A DNA stretch of 64,000 nt, taken from the NCBI GenBank assembly GCA_963716395.1, contig OY970309.1, positions 3,104,001 to 3,168,000 on the forward strand, given 5' to 3'. The DNA is from an uncultured Fibrobacteria bacterium. GTDB taxonomy: Bacteria; Fibrobacterota; Fibrobacteria; UBA11236. This document shows positions 21,892 through 30,722 of the stretch, one piece after another. The first letter of the stretch is position 1. Each line of letters begins with the position of its first letter. A program made the position numbers and the translations under genes. Under the pieces are notes generated by a model. That model saw only the letters and a list, made by a program, of their open reading frames with translations. It ran no database searches and was not told the DNA's origin.

Positions 21892-23559
21892 TCAATAACG
21901 CAGATGAATTTCGCCGAACGCCGTCGGAGAGGCTAAGGTTTCGCCACCGTAGCCATGCCAGGAATAAACCCATAATCCGCCTCCGCCGGCCTTGAGCGTG
22001 AGGTAACGGCGCCACGACCAGGTGAAAGTCGCCGTCAGTTGATTGCGGGTTTCCACGTTGTTTTCCAGGAACTGCTTGATGTCGCTGTCGGTGGCGGTAT
22101 GCACGTCGAAAATCGAACTGCCGGGTGAGCCCAAATCGCGTTGCCGCCATTGCCATTCGACCTCGCCCTGCACCTGGCCGGGCAGGGGAAAGTCCGCCGA
22201 AGAAAACAGCGCCTGTGAATTGGGGGGCAGCATGCTGCCGAGCAAAGCGCCGCCGCTTTGGAAGGCGGTATTGTGTTGATCGTGTTCGTACACCCAGGGA
22301 TCGATGTGGGCATATTCGAGATGCAATTCGGCCGGCAGGCGCAAGGGGTTCTGCCAGGAACCGCCGAGAACCCAGGCGAACTTGTTGCCCCAGAACTCCA
22401 AGGGGGGGCCGCTGAAATCGTCGATGTAGAACTCGCCGTACACACGGCCACGTCCCCACAGCCATTCGCCGTCGGTGCTCAGGGCGCTGTTATCGCGGTT
22501 GCCGCCGGCATGCTCGGCGAATTTCAGCGGTACGCCCGGCAGCAGCGCGCCCCAATCGGGGTTGCGGCCCAAGGCCAGCATTTCGGAGACGGCGAAGCGC
22601 AGACGTCGTCCCAGGCGAACTTGCAGGCGGTGGGCGATGAGATACGCGGAAGAATCGGTCCACAGGCCGGTGCGCTGCGCGATGATTTTCACGTATTCGA
22701 AGGGCCCGAAATCGATCCGCATGCGGAATTGGGGCAGGGGAGCGGCTTCGCCGGGAACGCGGTAACCGCGGCGATACCCACCCGGAAACAGCGAGTCGCT
22801 GCCCCGGAATCCGACCGAATCATTGGCTGCCAGGGAATCCGCCGCCCAGAAAAAAGGGCGGGCTCCCAGGGTCGTATGCTCCCAATGCCCCGGCCCCCAC
22901 TGGTTCCAATCCTGTCCGGCCTCGAACCGCAACTCCGGATTGCCGAAACCCAGCACAGTGCGATACCCGTCGAAGGTGCTCATAGTTTGCGGTTGGCCCA
23001 GCTTGCCCTCGCGGTTGGTGTTGTAGAACATGCCGCGCTGAGGATCGTAGTTCTCGACAAAGCGGGGCACCGCGCTGAGTTCGTTGCCCACCGTCGCTTG
23101 GGAAATGAGATAAAGATGGTTTCGGTACCGGGCTTCGACGGCCGGGGAAAAGCTGTTGAAGACATAGCTTTCGGCTTTCGGCAAGGAGTCTTGCCAGGCC
23201 GACCCGGAATAAAACTCTATGCCGCCTTGCACCAGAAAAAGCGAGTCCCGGTAATGCAGAACGGATCCGTTCCATTTGCGTGCGGGATCGAATTCGTCGA
23301 GGAATCGCTCTAGCCGCGATCGATCCCAAGCCGTCAAATCCGGCGCTTTTTCGGCTTGCAACAAAGCGTCGCAGACTTCATCTTCATCGCGGGGCAAGGT
23401 GCTGGTGAAACCGGGATCCACCACGCCCAGCTCTTCCAGCCGCCGCAGAAAACCGTACACCGGATTGCTGACGTCGACCGGCGGTGAGGCCGACAGCCGG
23501 ACGCTGAGCAACAGGCCGGGCAAAAGACCAAGCAAAAAGCCTCGCGTCCACGGTTTCAT
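21892..23559 (-). CDS. Wzi-like (capsule assembly) outer-membrane beta-barrel protein
   Basis: Signal peptide, N-terminal helical plug (PVYGFLRRL), WGPG, AHRLQ, YGEFYIDD, terminal aromatic (LRY). Confidence 0.7.
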   Translation of the reverse strand: MKPWTRGFLLGLLPGLLLSVRLSASPPVDVSNPVYGFLRRLEELGVVDPGFTSTLPRDEDEVCDALLQAEKAPDLTAWDRSRLERFLDEFDPARKWNGSVLHYRDSLFLVQGGIEFYSGSAWQDSLPKAESYVFNSFSPAVEARYRNHLYLISQATVGNELSAVPRFVENYDPQRGMFYNTNREGKLGQPQTMSTFDGYRTVLGFGNPELRFEAGQDWNQWGPGHWEHTTLGARPFFWAADSLAANDSVGFRGSDSLFPGGYRRGYRVPGEAAPLPQFRMRIDFGPFEYVKIIAQRTGLWTDSSAYLIAHRLQVRLGRRLRFAVSEMLALGRNPDWGALLPGVPLKFAEHAGGNRDNSALSTDGEWLWGRGRVYGEFYIDDFSGPPLEFWGNKFAWVLGGSWQNPLRLPAELHLEYAHIDPWVYEHDQHNTAFQSGGALLGSMLPPNSQALFSSADFPLPGQVQGEVEWQWRQRDLGSPGSSIFDVHTATDSDIKQFLENNVETRNQLTATFTWSWRRYLTLKAGGGGLWVYSWHGYGGETLASPTAFGEIHLRY

Positions 23560-23577
23560 GCCGAACCGCCCATGTCT

Positions 23578-25122
23578 TCAGCCCACAAAAATCGCCGAGG
23601 TCAAGGCGCGCCGACCTTGCCGGGTTGCGGCTTCGGCGCGCATATAGCCCCGAGACGGAAGCGGTCCATCGTATTTTTCATCGAACTCCATCGACCCGGT
23701 CGCCAAAGTCCAGGTGCGCGCCAAGCGTTCCTCGCGGTCGCCGGATTGCCCGGAATATAAAACGACCGATTGCAAGGTACCGAAATCATCGGTGGATTTG
23801 GCTTGGATGTGCACACCGCGGTCCGTGGTCTGGATTTCCACAAAGGGCCCGTCAGTGCACAGGCAGCGGGCGCCGCCGAAGCTTTGACGCAAGGCCTCGG
23901 GTCGGTTCGACGCGCAAGGAACCACGGTGCGCACTTTGCCGAATACATGGTTGCGGCCTTGATACAACGACAGCATGGGGAATTTCACCCCTATATTTCG
24001 ATTGAAGTCGCCATGGGCGTCATTGGCGGCGATGGGGAGCAGGCGTTGGCCGGCCAACAGTCGCCGAATCCAAAACTCCTTGCCGGTGCGGTAATCCGAT
24101 CCCAGATTTCCGTTCCAGAATTGCAGGCCTTGGATCGAAGCGGCGGTACCCGAACGAAGCGGTTGGGGAGAGGCGTCTTCGTCATGCCATTGGCCGCGAC
24201 GGAAAATTTTGCGTTCGAGCCAGCCGATTTTCGCCTTGGGGTGGGCCGCGAAACAGGGCGTTCCCTGCAAGCGTTCCAATACCTCGGGCAGAGCCAGATC
24301 GGGGCGATTGTTAAACCCGCGTCTGCCGCCGTCGCCCAAACCGGGCAGAAATTCTTCATGGCCGAATACCAGCAAATGCACGTTTTCACCGCGGCTGTTG
24401 CCGCAGGAAACCTCTTCACCCGGTATCAAGATGGGAAATTCCGGATGCGCCTGATTCAGGGCCGAGGCTCGGAGGCGGTAGTCGCCGAAATTCTCCCGCG
24501 CCTCGCAGGGTTCGAGATAGCGGTCGCGACGATAGTAAAAGTCATAAGAGTGGTCGGTGCACAGCACGAAGTCGAGGCCGGCAACGTCGGCGGCCTGTTG
24601 CAGCAATTCCAGCGGCGCGCCGAACTCCACGGGATCGGAAGAATACTCGCTATGGCAATGCATTTCGCCGGCTTGCCATCCCAAAGGATAGGGAAGGGCT
24701 TCTTTCAGCCGTGCGGTCACCAGCGGCTGCGCTTCCAGGCCGGGGAAATTATGCGTGATCCAGGAGGCGGTTTTTCCGGATCGGTTTTCCACAATGAAGC
24801 GTCCGTGAATCTGCAGCCGGCCTTTTAATTCCTCGACCGGAAAATTGAAAACGCGAAATTGCAGATTGCGGTCGCAATCCCACTGCAAAGGAAATTCCCG
24901 TTCGATTTCCGCTCCACGGTCGTCCCGGATACGCAGGTGCAAAGCTTGCATTCGTACCGGATACAGGTCGGCGTCTTTCACCAGCAAAAAGACCGGTAAT
25001 TCCTTTCCGGGCAAAAGCTGATGCGGGGCGTCGAGAAAAATTTCCGGCCACCGTTTATGCAGGGGCGACCAGGGCAGGCGGAATTTGAAATGCGTTTCCG
25101 CGTAAGGGAGAAAAACCGGAAT
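23578..25122 (-). CDS. PHP-like (CehA/McbA-type) metallohydrolase; start uncertain (ATT 25122 or TTG 25014)
   Basis: HCHSEYS, CTDH, GEEVS, AAHP, NDAHG motifs; frame stays open upstream of 25014 as far as TGA 25126-28. Confidence 0.75.
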   Translation of the reverse strand: MPVFLPYAETHFKFRLPWSPLHKRWPEIFLDAPHQLLPGKELPVFLLVKDADLYPVRMQALHLRIRDDRGAEIEREFPLQWDCDRNLQFRVFNFPVEELKGRLQIHGRFIVENRSGKTASWITHNFPGLEAQPLVTARLKEALPYPLGWQAGEMHCHSEYSSDPVEFGAPLELLQQAADVAGLDFVLCTDHSYDFYYRRDRYLEPCEARENFGDYRLRASALNQAHPEFPILIPGEEVSCGNSRGENVHLLVFGHEEFLPGLGDGGRRGFNNRPDLALPEVLERLQGTPCFAAHPKAKIGWLERKIFRRGQWHDEDASPQPLRSGTAASIQGLQFWNGNLGSDYRTGKEFWIRRLLAGQRLLPIAANDAHGDFNRNIGVKFPMLSLYQGRNHVFGKVRTVVPCASNRPEALRQSFGGARCLCTDGPFVEIQTTDRGVHIQAKSTDDFGTLQSVVLYSGQSGDREERLARTWTLATGSMEFDEKYDGPLPSRGYMRAEAATRQGRRALTSAIFVG

Positions 25123-25125
25123 GAA

Positions 25126-25338
25126 TCAACTCCCCCGGCGGTTGCCGTCGGATTCATCCTGAAAATTGCTCAGCCAACTGAATGCGCCCGGCAAGGCGCG
25201 CCGATCCGCCATGCGGCGATCGCGGAAGTCTATCATGACCTGCGCTTTGCGGCGTTCCTCTTTGCGCAAATCCCACGATCCGCCTTTGAAGTTGCGCTTG
25301 GGGAGCTTAACCGTGTTTATCACGACCTTTAATCTCAA
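25126..25338 (-). CDS. Small basic protein with ERR/DRR arginine repeats
   Basis: 70-aa ORF containing EERRKAQVMIDFRDRRMADRR; fills the gap on the same strand as its neighbours. Confidence 0.5.
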   Translation of the reverse strand: MRLKVVINTVKLPKRNFKGGSWDLRKEERRKAQVMIDFRDRRMADRRALPGAFSWLSNFQDESDGNRRGS

Positions 25339-25418
25339 AAATTATCGCGAATTCGGTTTTCGCTGAAAGGCAAATCGAATTCATAAACTTTACATAATAT
25401 ACCTTATGCGACATGTGC

Positions 25419-25426
25419 TTATCGGC
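25419..25426 (-). promoter_or_regulatory. Putative sigma28 -10 box
   Basis: Perfect GCCGATAA on the minus strand, about 80 nt upstream of the small ORF; -35 is weak. Confidence 0.35.
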
Positions 25427-25458
25427 CTAAACCTTCGGTCGACTCTGAATACGGGCAG

Positions 25459-26709
25459 TTAATTCAAGGCTTCGAACTGATGCTCGATGAGCTCGGCGCG
25501 CTTGGGTCCCAAAGATTCAAAGCGCAGCACGCATTTATCGCACAAATCCAGCAGACCTTGCGCTTTTTCGGCCGTGCCCAGCGCCAATATTTTTCCCAGC
25601 GATTCGCGGTTCAACAGATCTTTGCACGAGGCTTCGAGATGAATGTTTTGGGCATGGTCCAGCCGGCTGGAAAGATCGCCCAGGGCCAGTTCCACGCGTT
25701 TGGGAAAAATGGCGGGATCGTTTTCCAGGCTTTCGAGCAGGAATCTCAGGGTGTAAATCGTGTTGAAGATGTATTGGCGCGCTTCGCGCGACGCCTTGGC
25801 TGGGAAAAAATATTCGCACAGCAAGGCGCCGTCGGGCGCTTTGACCAGGGATTTGGAGCAAAAGGTTTTGGACGGCTCCAGGACTTGCAAGCGCATACAG
25901 CGTTCCAACAAAGCGTGGATGCGGCGGGACGCCGAGGGTTTTTCTGCAGCAGTTCCCGGGGCCGCCTGAAAAAGGGCTTGGCCGGGGAGATTGGCGGCGG
26001 GAGAAACCACTGCTTTCGCGGCTGCGGTTTGCACCGGAACCGGTTCGGCCGGTGCCGGCGATGCGGGGTGGGCCGCCTCCCCCACCTCCGCCTCGTCTGT
26101 ACCGGAATCGGCGGAAAACTTTTCCAGGAATGAACTCCGGGAACCCAGCGGGCTGGCGCTCTCCCCTTCCCCGAATTCCGCGGCGATTTCATACAGCCCG
26201 TTCAGCATTTCGCGCCGGTTTTTTTCCAACTCGCCGCGCAATTGCCCTTCGATGAAGCGCAGTTCCTCTTCTTTCTTCGAGAGCTTTTCCGTGACCTTGG
26301 CCAACTCGCGCAGTTTCGCTTGCGACTCCATGAGGTTGCGTTTGACTTCGGCCAATTCCTGATTTTTCTTGCGATACTCCTCGTTCATTTTTTTTGAATC
26401 TTCGGAAAGGCCTTTTAATTTGGATTCCTTTTCCGCCGCCACTTCCAGCCTTCCCTGGTAATGGTGCAGTAGCATTTGCAAGGTGCCTTCATCTTCTTTG
26501 CCGGCCGCGAGTTGCCGCAAATCCTTCAGGGCCAGTTCGCACAACTCTTTTTCGCGGCGCATGATGTTTTCGGTGGCCGTGTACACTTCGAGCTCCTGGT
26601 TTTTCGCATAGGCCGCGGTCAGCGCATGGAACATCTTGTTCTCCTTGAGCGCGGGCGTCGGCAGAGCTTTTTCCTGGGTGATGAAGCTCCAGTCGGAATT
26701 GGTTTTCAT
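25459..26709 (-). CDS. Hypothetical protein with long coiled coil
   Basis: 416-aa ORF: Glu/Lys heptad-rich N-terminal half, Pro/Ala linker, globular C-terminal domain. Confidence 0.75.
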   Translation of the reverse strand: MKTNSDWSFITQEKALPTPALKENKMFHALTAAYAKNQELEVYTATENIMRREKELCELALKDLRQLAAGKEDEGTLQMLLHHYQGRLEVAAEKESKLKGLSEDSKKMNEEYRKKNQELAEVKRNLMESQAKLRELAKVTEKLSKKEEELRFIEGQLRGELEKNRREMLNGLYEIAAEFGEGESASPLGSRSSFLEKFSADSGTDEAEVGEAAHPASPAPAEPVPVQTAAAKAVVSPAANLPGQALFQAAPGTAAEKPSASRRIHALLERCMRLQVLEPSKTFCSKSLVKAPDGALLCEYFFPAKASREARQYIFNTIYTLRFLLESLENDPAIFPKRVELALGDLSSRLDHAQNIHLEASCKDLLNRESLGKILALGTAEKAQGLLDLCDKCVLRFESLGPKRAELIEHQFEALN

Positions 26710-26731
26710 GCGCGGTCTCCGGTCACGGGTT

Positions 26732-28264
26732 TCATTTGAGCAAGGGCGCGAATTCTTTCAGCTCGCGCAGGGCTTTGAGATCGTCATCGTCCATCAGGCA
26801 GGCCACGTCGTCGAATCCCTGCTCCAGGGCGGCGCGCAGCGATGTCCAGGCGTCGTCGAGGTTGCCGGCGCGGCATTGGCAGCAGGCCAGGTTGTAGAGC
26901 AAGTCCGGATGTTGGGGATGGTGTTCAAGGGCCTTTTGCAATACCAGAATGGCGTCGCCGGCTTCGCCCTGCGCGGCCGACAGGGCCGCCAATTGCAGGC
27001 TGGCTTTCACGGCGCCGGGCTGTTTTTCCAGGGCGGCGCGGTACCGGATCATGGCCAAGTCGTCGGCTCCGTTTTTCTGCAGCATGAGGCCCAGCATGGT
27101 GAAGGCGTCGGAAGCCAATTCGTCTTCTTCGGTGAGCAGCGTTTCCAACTCGGCGATGGCCTCTTTACCGCGGCCGGTTTTCCACAGACAAATGGCTTTG
27201 AAAAAGCCAATGCGGCCCAGCGGGCCGATGAAGCGGGCGCGGGTCATGGCTTGCAGGCAAAGATCATACTCCCCCGTCTGCACCAGCAGCCCCAAAGCCC
27301 ACAACATCTCGGCCGGTAGCGGAGGCGGCACATGCACGATGACCTTCTTGGCCCAAATGCAGGCCGTTTCTTTTTCCTCCTCGAGCAGGTAAACATGCGC
27401 CATGCCCAGAAGGCTGGGAAGGTGATCGGGGCGCAAGCGCAAAGCCTCGTGCAGGGATTCGCGCGCCAGCTTCAACTCTTTGCGCTGCAAACGGACCCGG
27501 GCCAACACATAATGGTTGTCGGCCGAACGGGGATCCGACGCCAGAGCGGCTTCGGCACAGCGTTGGGCCTCCGCGTTGCGGCCCATTTCGAGATAGGCCG
27601 TGGCCAGGTTCTGCCAGGCCGCTTCGCAATTTTCATCTTTGCGCACGCACAACTCCCACCCGGCAATGGCCTCTTCGCGTGCACCGATTTGGAATAAGGT
27701 GTTGCAACGATTGAATAAGGCGTCGATGGAATCGGGAGCCGCCTGATACGCCTGGTTGAAGCGTTCCAGCGCTTCGGAATAACGGGTCTGTAAAAAGGCG
27801 ATTTGACCCAGGGCATTCCAGAACGGGGCCGGCCGGGCTTGGGAGCCCAATCCTTCTTCGCAGAGGGTTTGCGCCCGATCCAATTCTCCGGCCCGAATAT
27901 GGCAGTTAATTAGGTTGAGACGGGCGAACGCATCATCGGAGTTAAGCGCCAGGTATTCTTCGAGTATGCGTTTGGCGCTGTCGTAATCGCCCAAGAAGTA
28001 ATAGGCGTTGCCCAAATTAAGCCGGTATTCGGGCTTTTCTTTCAGCTTCAAAGCCTGTCGAAACCAGCGAATGGATTGGCGGTGGTTCTTTTCCAGTTGC
28101 GCCAATTCCCCCATGGCATTGAACCAGCGATCGTCCCGGAATCCCGACTTTTCCAATTTGAACAGGGTTTGACGCATCGCCGGCGCCAGGCCTTCGATTT
28201 TCTGGCTTTCATACAGCGCCCACAATGCCTGAGCCATGGAATCCACAACATGGCATTGTACCAT
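26732..28264 (-). CDS. TPR-repeat protein
   Basis: Repeated NLG/NLA TPR motifs; C-terminal LYNLAC...DDDLKALR TPR cap. Confidence 0.85.
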   Translation of the reverse strand: MVQCHVVDSMAQALWALYESQKIEGLAPAMRQTLFKLEKSGFRDDRWFNAMGELAQLEKNHRQSIRWFRQALKLKEKPEYRLNLGNAYYFLGDYDSAKRILEEYLALNSDDAFARLNLINCHIRAGELDRAQTLCEEGLGSQARPAPFWNALGQIAFLQTRYSEALERFNQAYQAAPDSIDALFNRCNTLFQIGAREEAIAGWELCVRKDENCEAAWQNLATAYLEMGRNAEAQRCAEAALASDPRSADNHYVLARVRLQRKELKLARESLHEALRLRPDHLPSLLGMAHVYLLEEEKETACIWAKKVIVHVPPPLPAEMLWALGLLVQTGEYDLCLQAMTRARFIGPLGRIGFFKAICLWKTGRGKEAIAELETLLTEEDELASDAFTMLGLMLQKNGADDLAMIRYRAALEKQPGAVKASLQLAALSAAQGEAGDAILVLQKALEHHPQHPDLLYNLACCQCRAGNLDDAWTSLRAALEQGFDDVACLMDDDDLKALRELKEFAPLLK

Positions 28265-28363
28265 GCCAAAGCCTCAAAAGTCTCTTGGCTTTAATGCTCT
28301 AATTTGATGGATTACAAAGACTTGAATGGCTTAGTGGCCGGGGGGTAAACGCTACGGCGGCAG

Positions 28364-28437
28364 TGGTTGGGATGCAAGGATTCGAACCTCGATAGCCAGA
28401 TCCAGAATCTGGCGTCCTGCCATTGGACGACATCCCA
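28364..28437 (-). tRNA. tRNA-Gln(CTG)
   Basis: Minus strand TGGGATG...CCAGA-TT-CTG-GA-TCTGG...GGTTCGAATCC...CATCCCAACCA. Confidence 0.96.
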
Positions 28438-28538
28438 ATGCGGGCGGGAATACTAGCAATGCGTCCCAGCGCGATAAAGATGAGGGCGCAAAAAGAAATC
28501 AAGCAATTCACCTCTTCTTCCGAGTAAATTATAGGAGA

Positions 28539-28742
28539 ATGAATTTCATCCGGGAGAGGGCGATGCCGAGCGCACCGATGAAACACCTGGACCTCAAGGA
28601 GCGCATTCCCTTTCTCAAGGGACGCCCCCATCGTGAATTACCCATCGATAAAGACGATGTTTTGAATCTTCGCATCGCGCTGGGTTTGCATCGCGACGTG
28701 TCGGAACTCTGGCAAGACCCGCATATTTTTCCGGCGGTTTGA
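28539..28742 (+). CDS. Small hypothetical protein
   Basis: 67-aa ORF, AGGAG near the start, globular-looking core RPHRELPIDKDDVLNLRIAL. Confidence 0.55.
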   Translation: MNFIRERAMPSAPMKHLDLKERIPFLKGRPHRELPIDKDDVLNLRIALGLHRDVSELWQDPHIFPAV

Positions 28743-28796
28743 AGCCGTTCGGCTATATTCCCGACGCCTTTCCAAGCCCGCAAATGTTTTACAATT

Positions 28797-30686
28797 TTGC
28801 CTGCCCGGGAAGAGCGTGCGCTGCGTAGCGGTCGCCTTTCTCCGGCCGCGCACGTGTCCCGTCCCTCCTCCACCGAACGTCTGACCTTGCGGGATCGCTG
28901 GCGCTTCCTGCGTCCGTATCTCATCGATCATCGCACCGCCATTTTATGGGGCTGGATGTTCGTGATGATTTCCACCGCCCTCGATCAGGTCGATCCCTGG
29001 ATGGTGAAAATCATTTTGGATCGTCTGCAGCGCGGCGAAGCCATGCCGCGCATTCTGCAATGTCTGGGCGTGATTCTGGCCGCCACCGCCGGCTCGGCCC
29101 TGCTGCTGTACTTCCAGCGCCTCTGGGTCATCCAGGCGTCGCGCCGCATGGAATACGCTTTGCGCCGCGACTTGTTCGCCGGACTCATGGCGCAGCCCAA
29201 AGCCTTTTTCGATCGGCAAACCGTGGGCGATCTCATGTCGCGGGCCACCAACGATCTCGATCGCATCCGCGACATGGTGGGTCCCGTGGTGCTGCATCTG
29301 GCGCGCATGGGTTGTCTGCTCGTTTTCACGGCGGTGTGCATTTATTGGCTCAACCCCAAACTGTTGCTCACCGGCCTGTTGCCCTCGCTGCTCATGCCCG
29401 TCATCGCCAACGTTTTCTTGCAGCGCATGTACGCCTACTTCGGGCGCATCCAAAAAAGCCTTTCCGCGCTGAACGCCTTTGTGCAAGACACCTTGTCGGG
29501 CATGCAGGTGGTGAAGGGTTTTGGACGCGCCGAGCCCTTTGAAGAAAAATTCCAGGGCGCGTCCGAAGAACTGCGCCGCGCGTCGTTGCACGTGGCGCGC
29601 TTCAACGCCGCCATCTGGCCCGCCATCGGCGTGCTGGGAATCGTGGGCGTGGTGTTGTCGGCCTGGCTGGGGGGACGCATGGTGATTGCCGGCACCATCA
29701 CCTTGGGCACGCTTTCAGCCGCCATTCTTTACCTGCTGCGCCTGCAATTCCCCTTGGTGGGCCTGGGCTGGGTGGCGAGCATGGTGCAACGCGCCAATGT
29801 TTCCATCGACCGGCTGATTCAATTGCGAAAATCCTTTTTGACTCCCTGGAATCCCGCGCATATCGCCCCGCCGGAATCGGGCGTTACGCAGGGCACGGTG
29901 ACCGCGCCGGCGCGGCTCGCGGGAAGCGGGGCCGCCGAGTTTCACACGCTGGAACTGCGCGATCTGGAATTTGCCTATGACGGAAAAACGCGCGTGCTGT
30001 CGGACATTTCCTTCACGCTCCGGCGCGGAGGATCGCTGGGAATCGTGGGGCCGACCGGCGCCGGTAAAACCACCTTGATGCACCTTTTGTGTGGCCTGTA
30101 TCATCCGCGGGCCGGCCAGTTGTTTCTCAACGGCCATGCCCGCGAAGACATCGCCGACGAAGAGTGGCGCGGGTATTTCAGTTACGCGCCTCAAGACGGT
30201 TTTCTCTTCTCCACCACCATTCGCGAAAACATCCTCTTCGGCGGCGGCGAAACTCCGCTGCACACCGCGGAAACCGCGGCCGAATGGTCGGGCCTGGCGC
30301 GCGACCTGCCGCAATTTCCGCACGGGTATGCCAGCATGCTGGGGGAAAAAGGCATCAACCTCAGCGGCGGCCAGCGGCAACGGGTGGGTCTGGCGCGCGC
30401 TCTGCTGGCCCCGGCACCGGTGCTGTGCCTCGACGACACCTTGTCAGCGTTGGATGCGGAAACCGAGGAAGTGGTGCTCGACAATTTGCGCGGCCTGTTC
30501 CGGGAACGCTGTTTGATCATCGCGGCCCATCGCTATTCGGCGGTGATGCATTGCGAACGCATTCTCTATCTCGATCACGGCCGCATCCTTGAACAAGGCA
30601 CGCATGAAGAATTGCTGAGCCGGGGGGGAGCGTACGCGTCGGTGTGGGAAAAGCAGCGCCTGTCGGAAAGTCTGGAGCAGGCCTGA
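28797..30686 (+). CDS. ABC exporter half-transporter (degenerate-site subunit, MdlA/YheI-like); start uncertain
   Basis: TMD plus GPTGAGKT, LSGGQ, and Walker B LCLDD lacking the catalytic Glu. Confidence 0.92.
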   Translation: MPAREERALRSGRLSPAAHVSRPSSTERLTLRDRWRFLRPYLIDHRTAILWGWMFVMISTALDQVDPWMVKIILDRLQRGEAMPRILQCLGVILAATAGSALLLYFQRLWVIQASRRMEYALRRDLFAGLMAQPKAFFDRQTVGDLMSRATNDLDRIRDMVGPVVLHLARMGCLLVFTAVCIYWLNPKLLLTGLLPSLLMPVIANVFLQRMYAYFGRIQKSLSALNAFVQDTLSGMQVVKGFGRAEPFEEKFQGASEELRRASLHVARFNAAIWPAIGVLGIVGVVLSAWLGGRMVIAGTITLGTLSAAILYLLRLQFPLVGLGWVASMVQRANVSIDRLIQLRKSFLTPWNPAHIAPPESGVTQGTVTAPARLAGSGAAEFHTLELRDLEFAYDGKTRVLSDISFTLRRGGSLGIVGPTGAGKTTLMHLLCGLYHPRAGQLFLNGHAREDIADEEWRGYFSYAPQDGFLFSTTIRENILFGGGETPLHTAETAAEWSGLARDLPQFPHGYASMLGEKGINLSGGQRQRVGLARALLAPAPVLCLDDTLSALDAETEEVVLDNLRGLFRERCLIIAAHRYSAVMHCERILYLDHGRILEQGTHEELLSRGGAYASVWEKQRLSESLEQA

Positions 30687-30722
30687 TGTCCGGTCATTAT
30701 CTCGCGGCGCCGGGGAGATTCC

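Noticed and set aside
25090-25128. Selenocysteine recoding of the in-frame TGA (small GCG-GAAA-CGC hairpin downstream)
   Set aside because: The stem is only 3 bp, there is no redox motif context, and no sel genes are in the window
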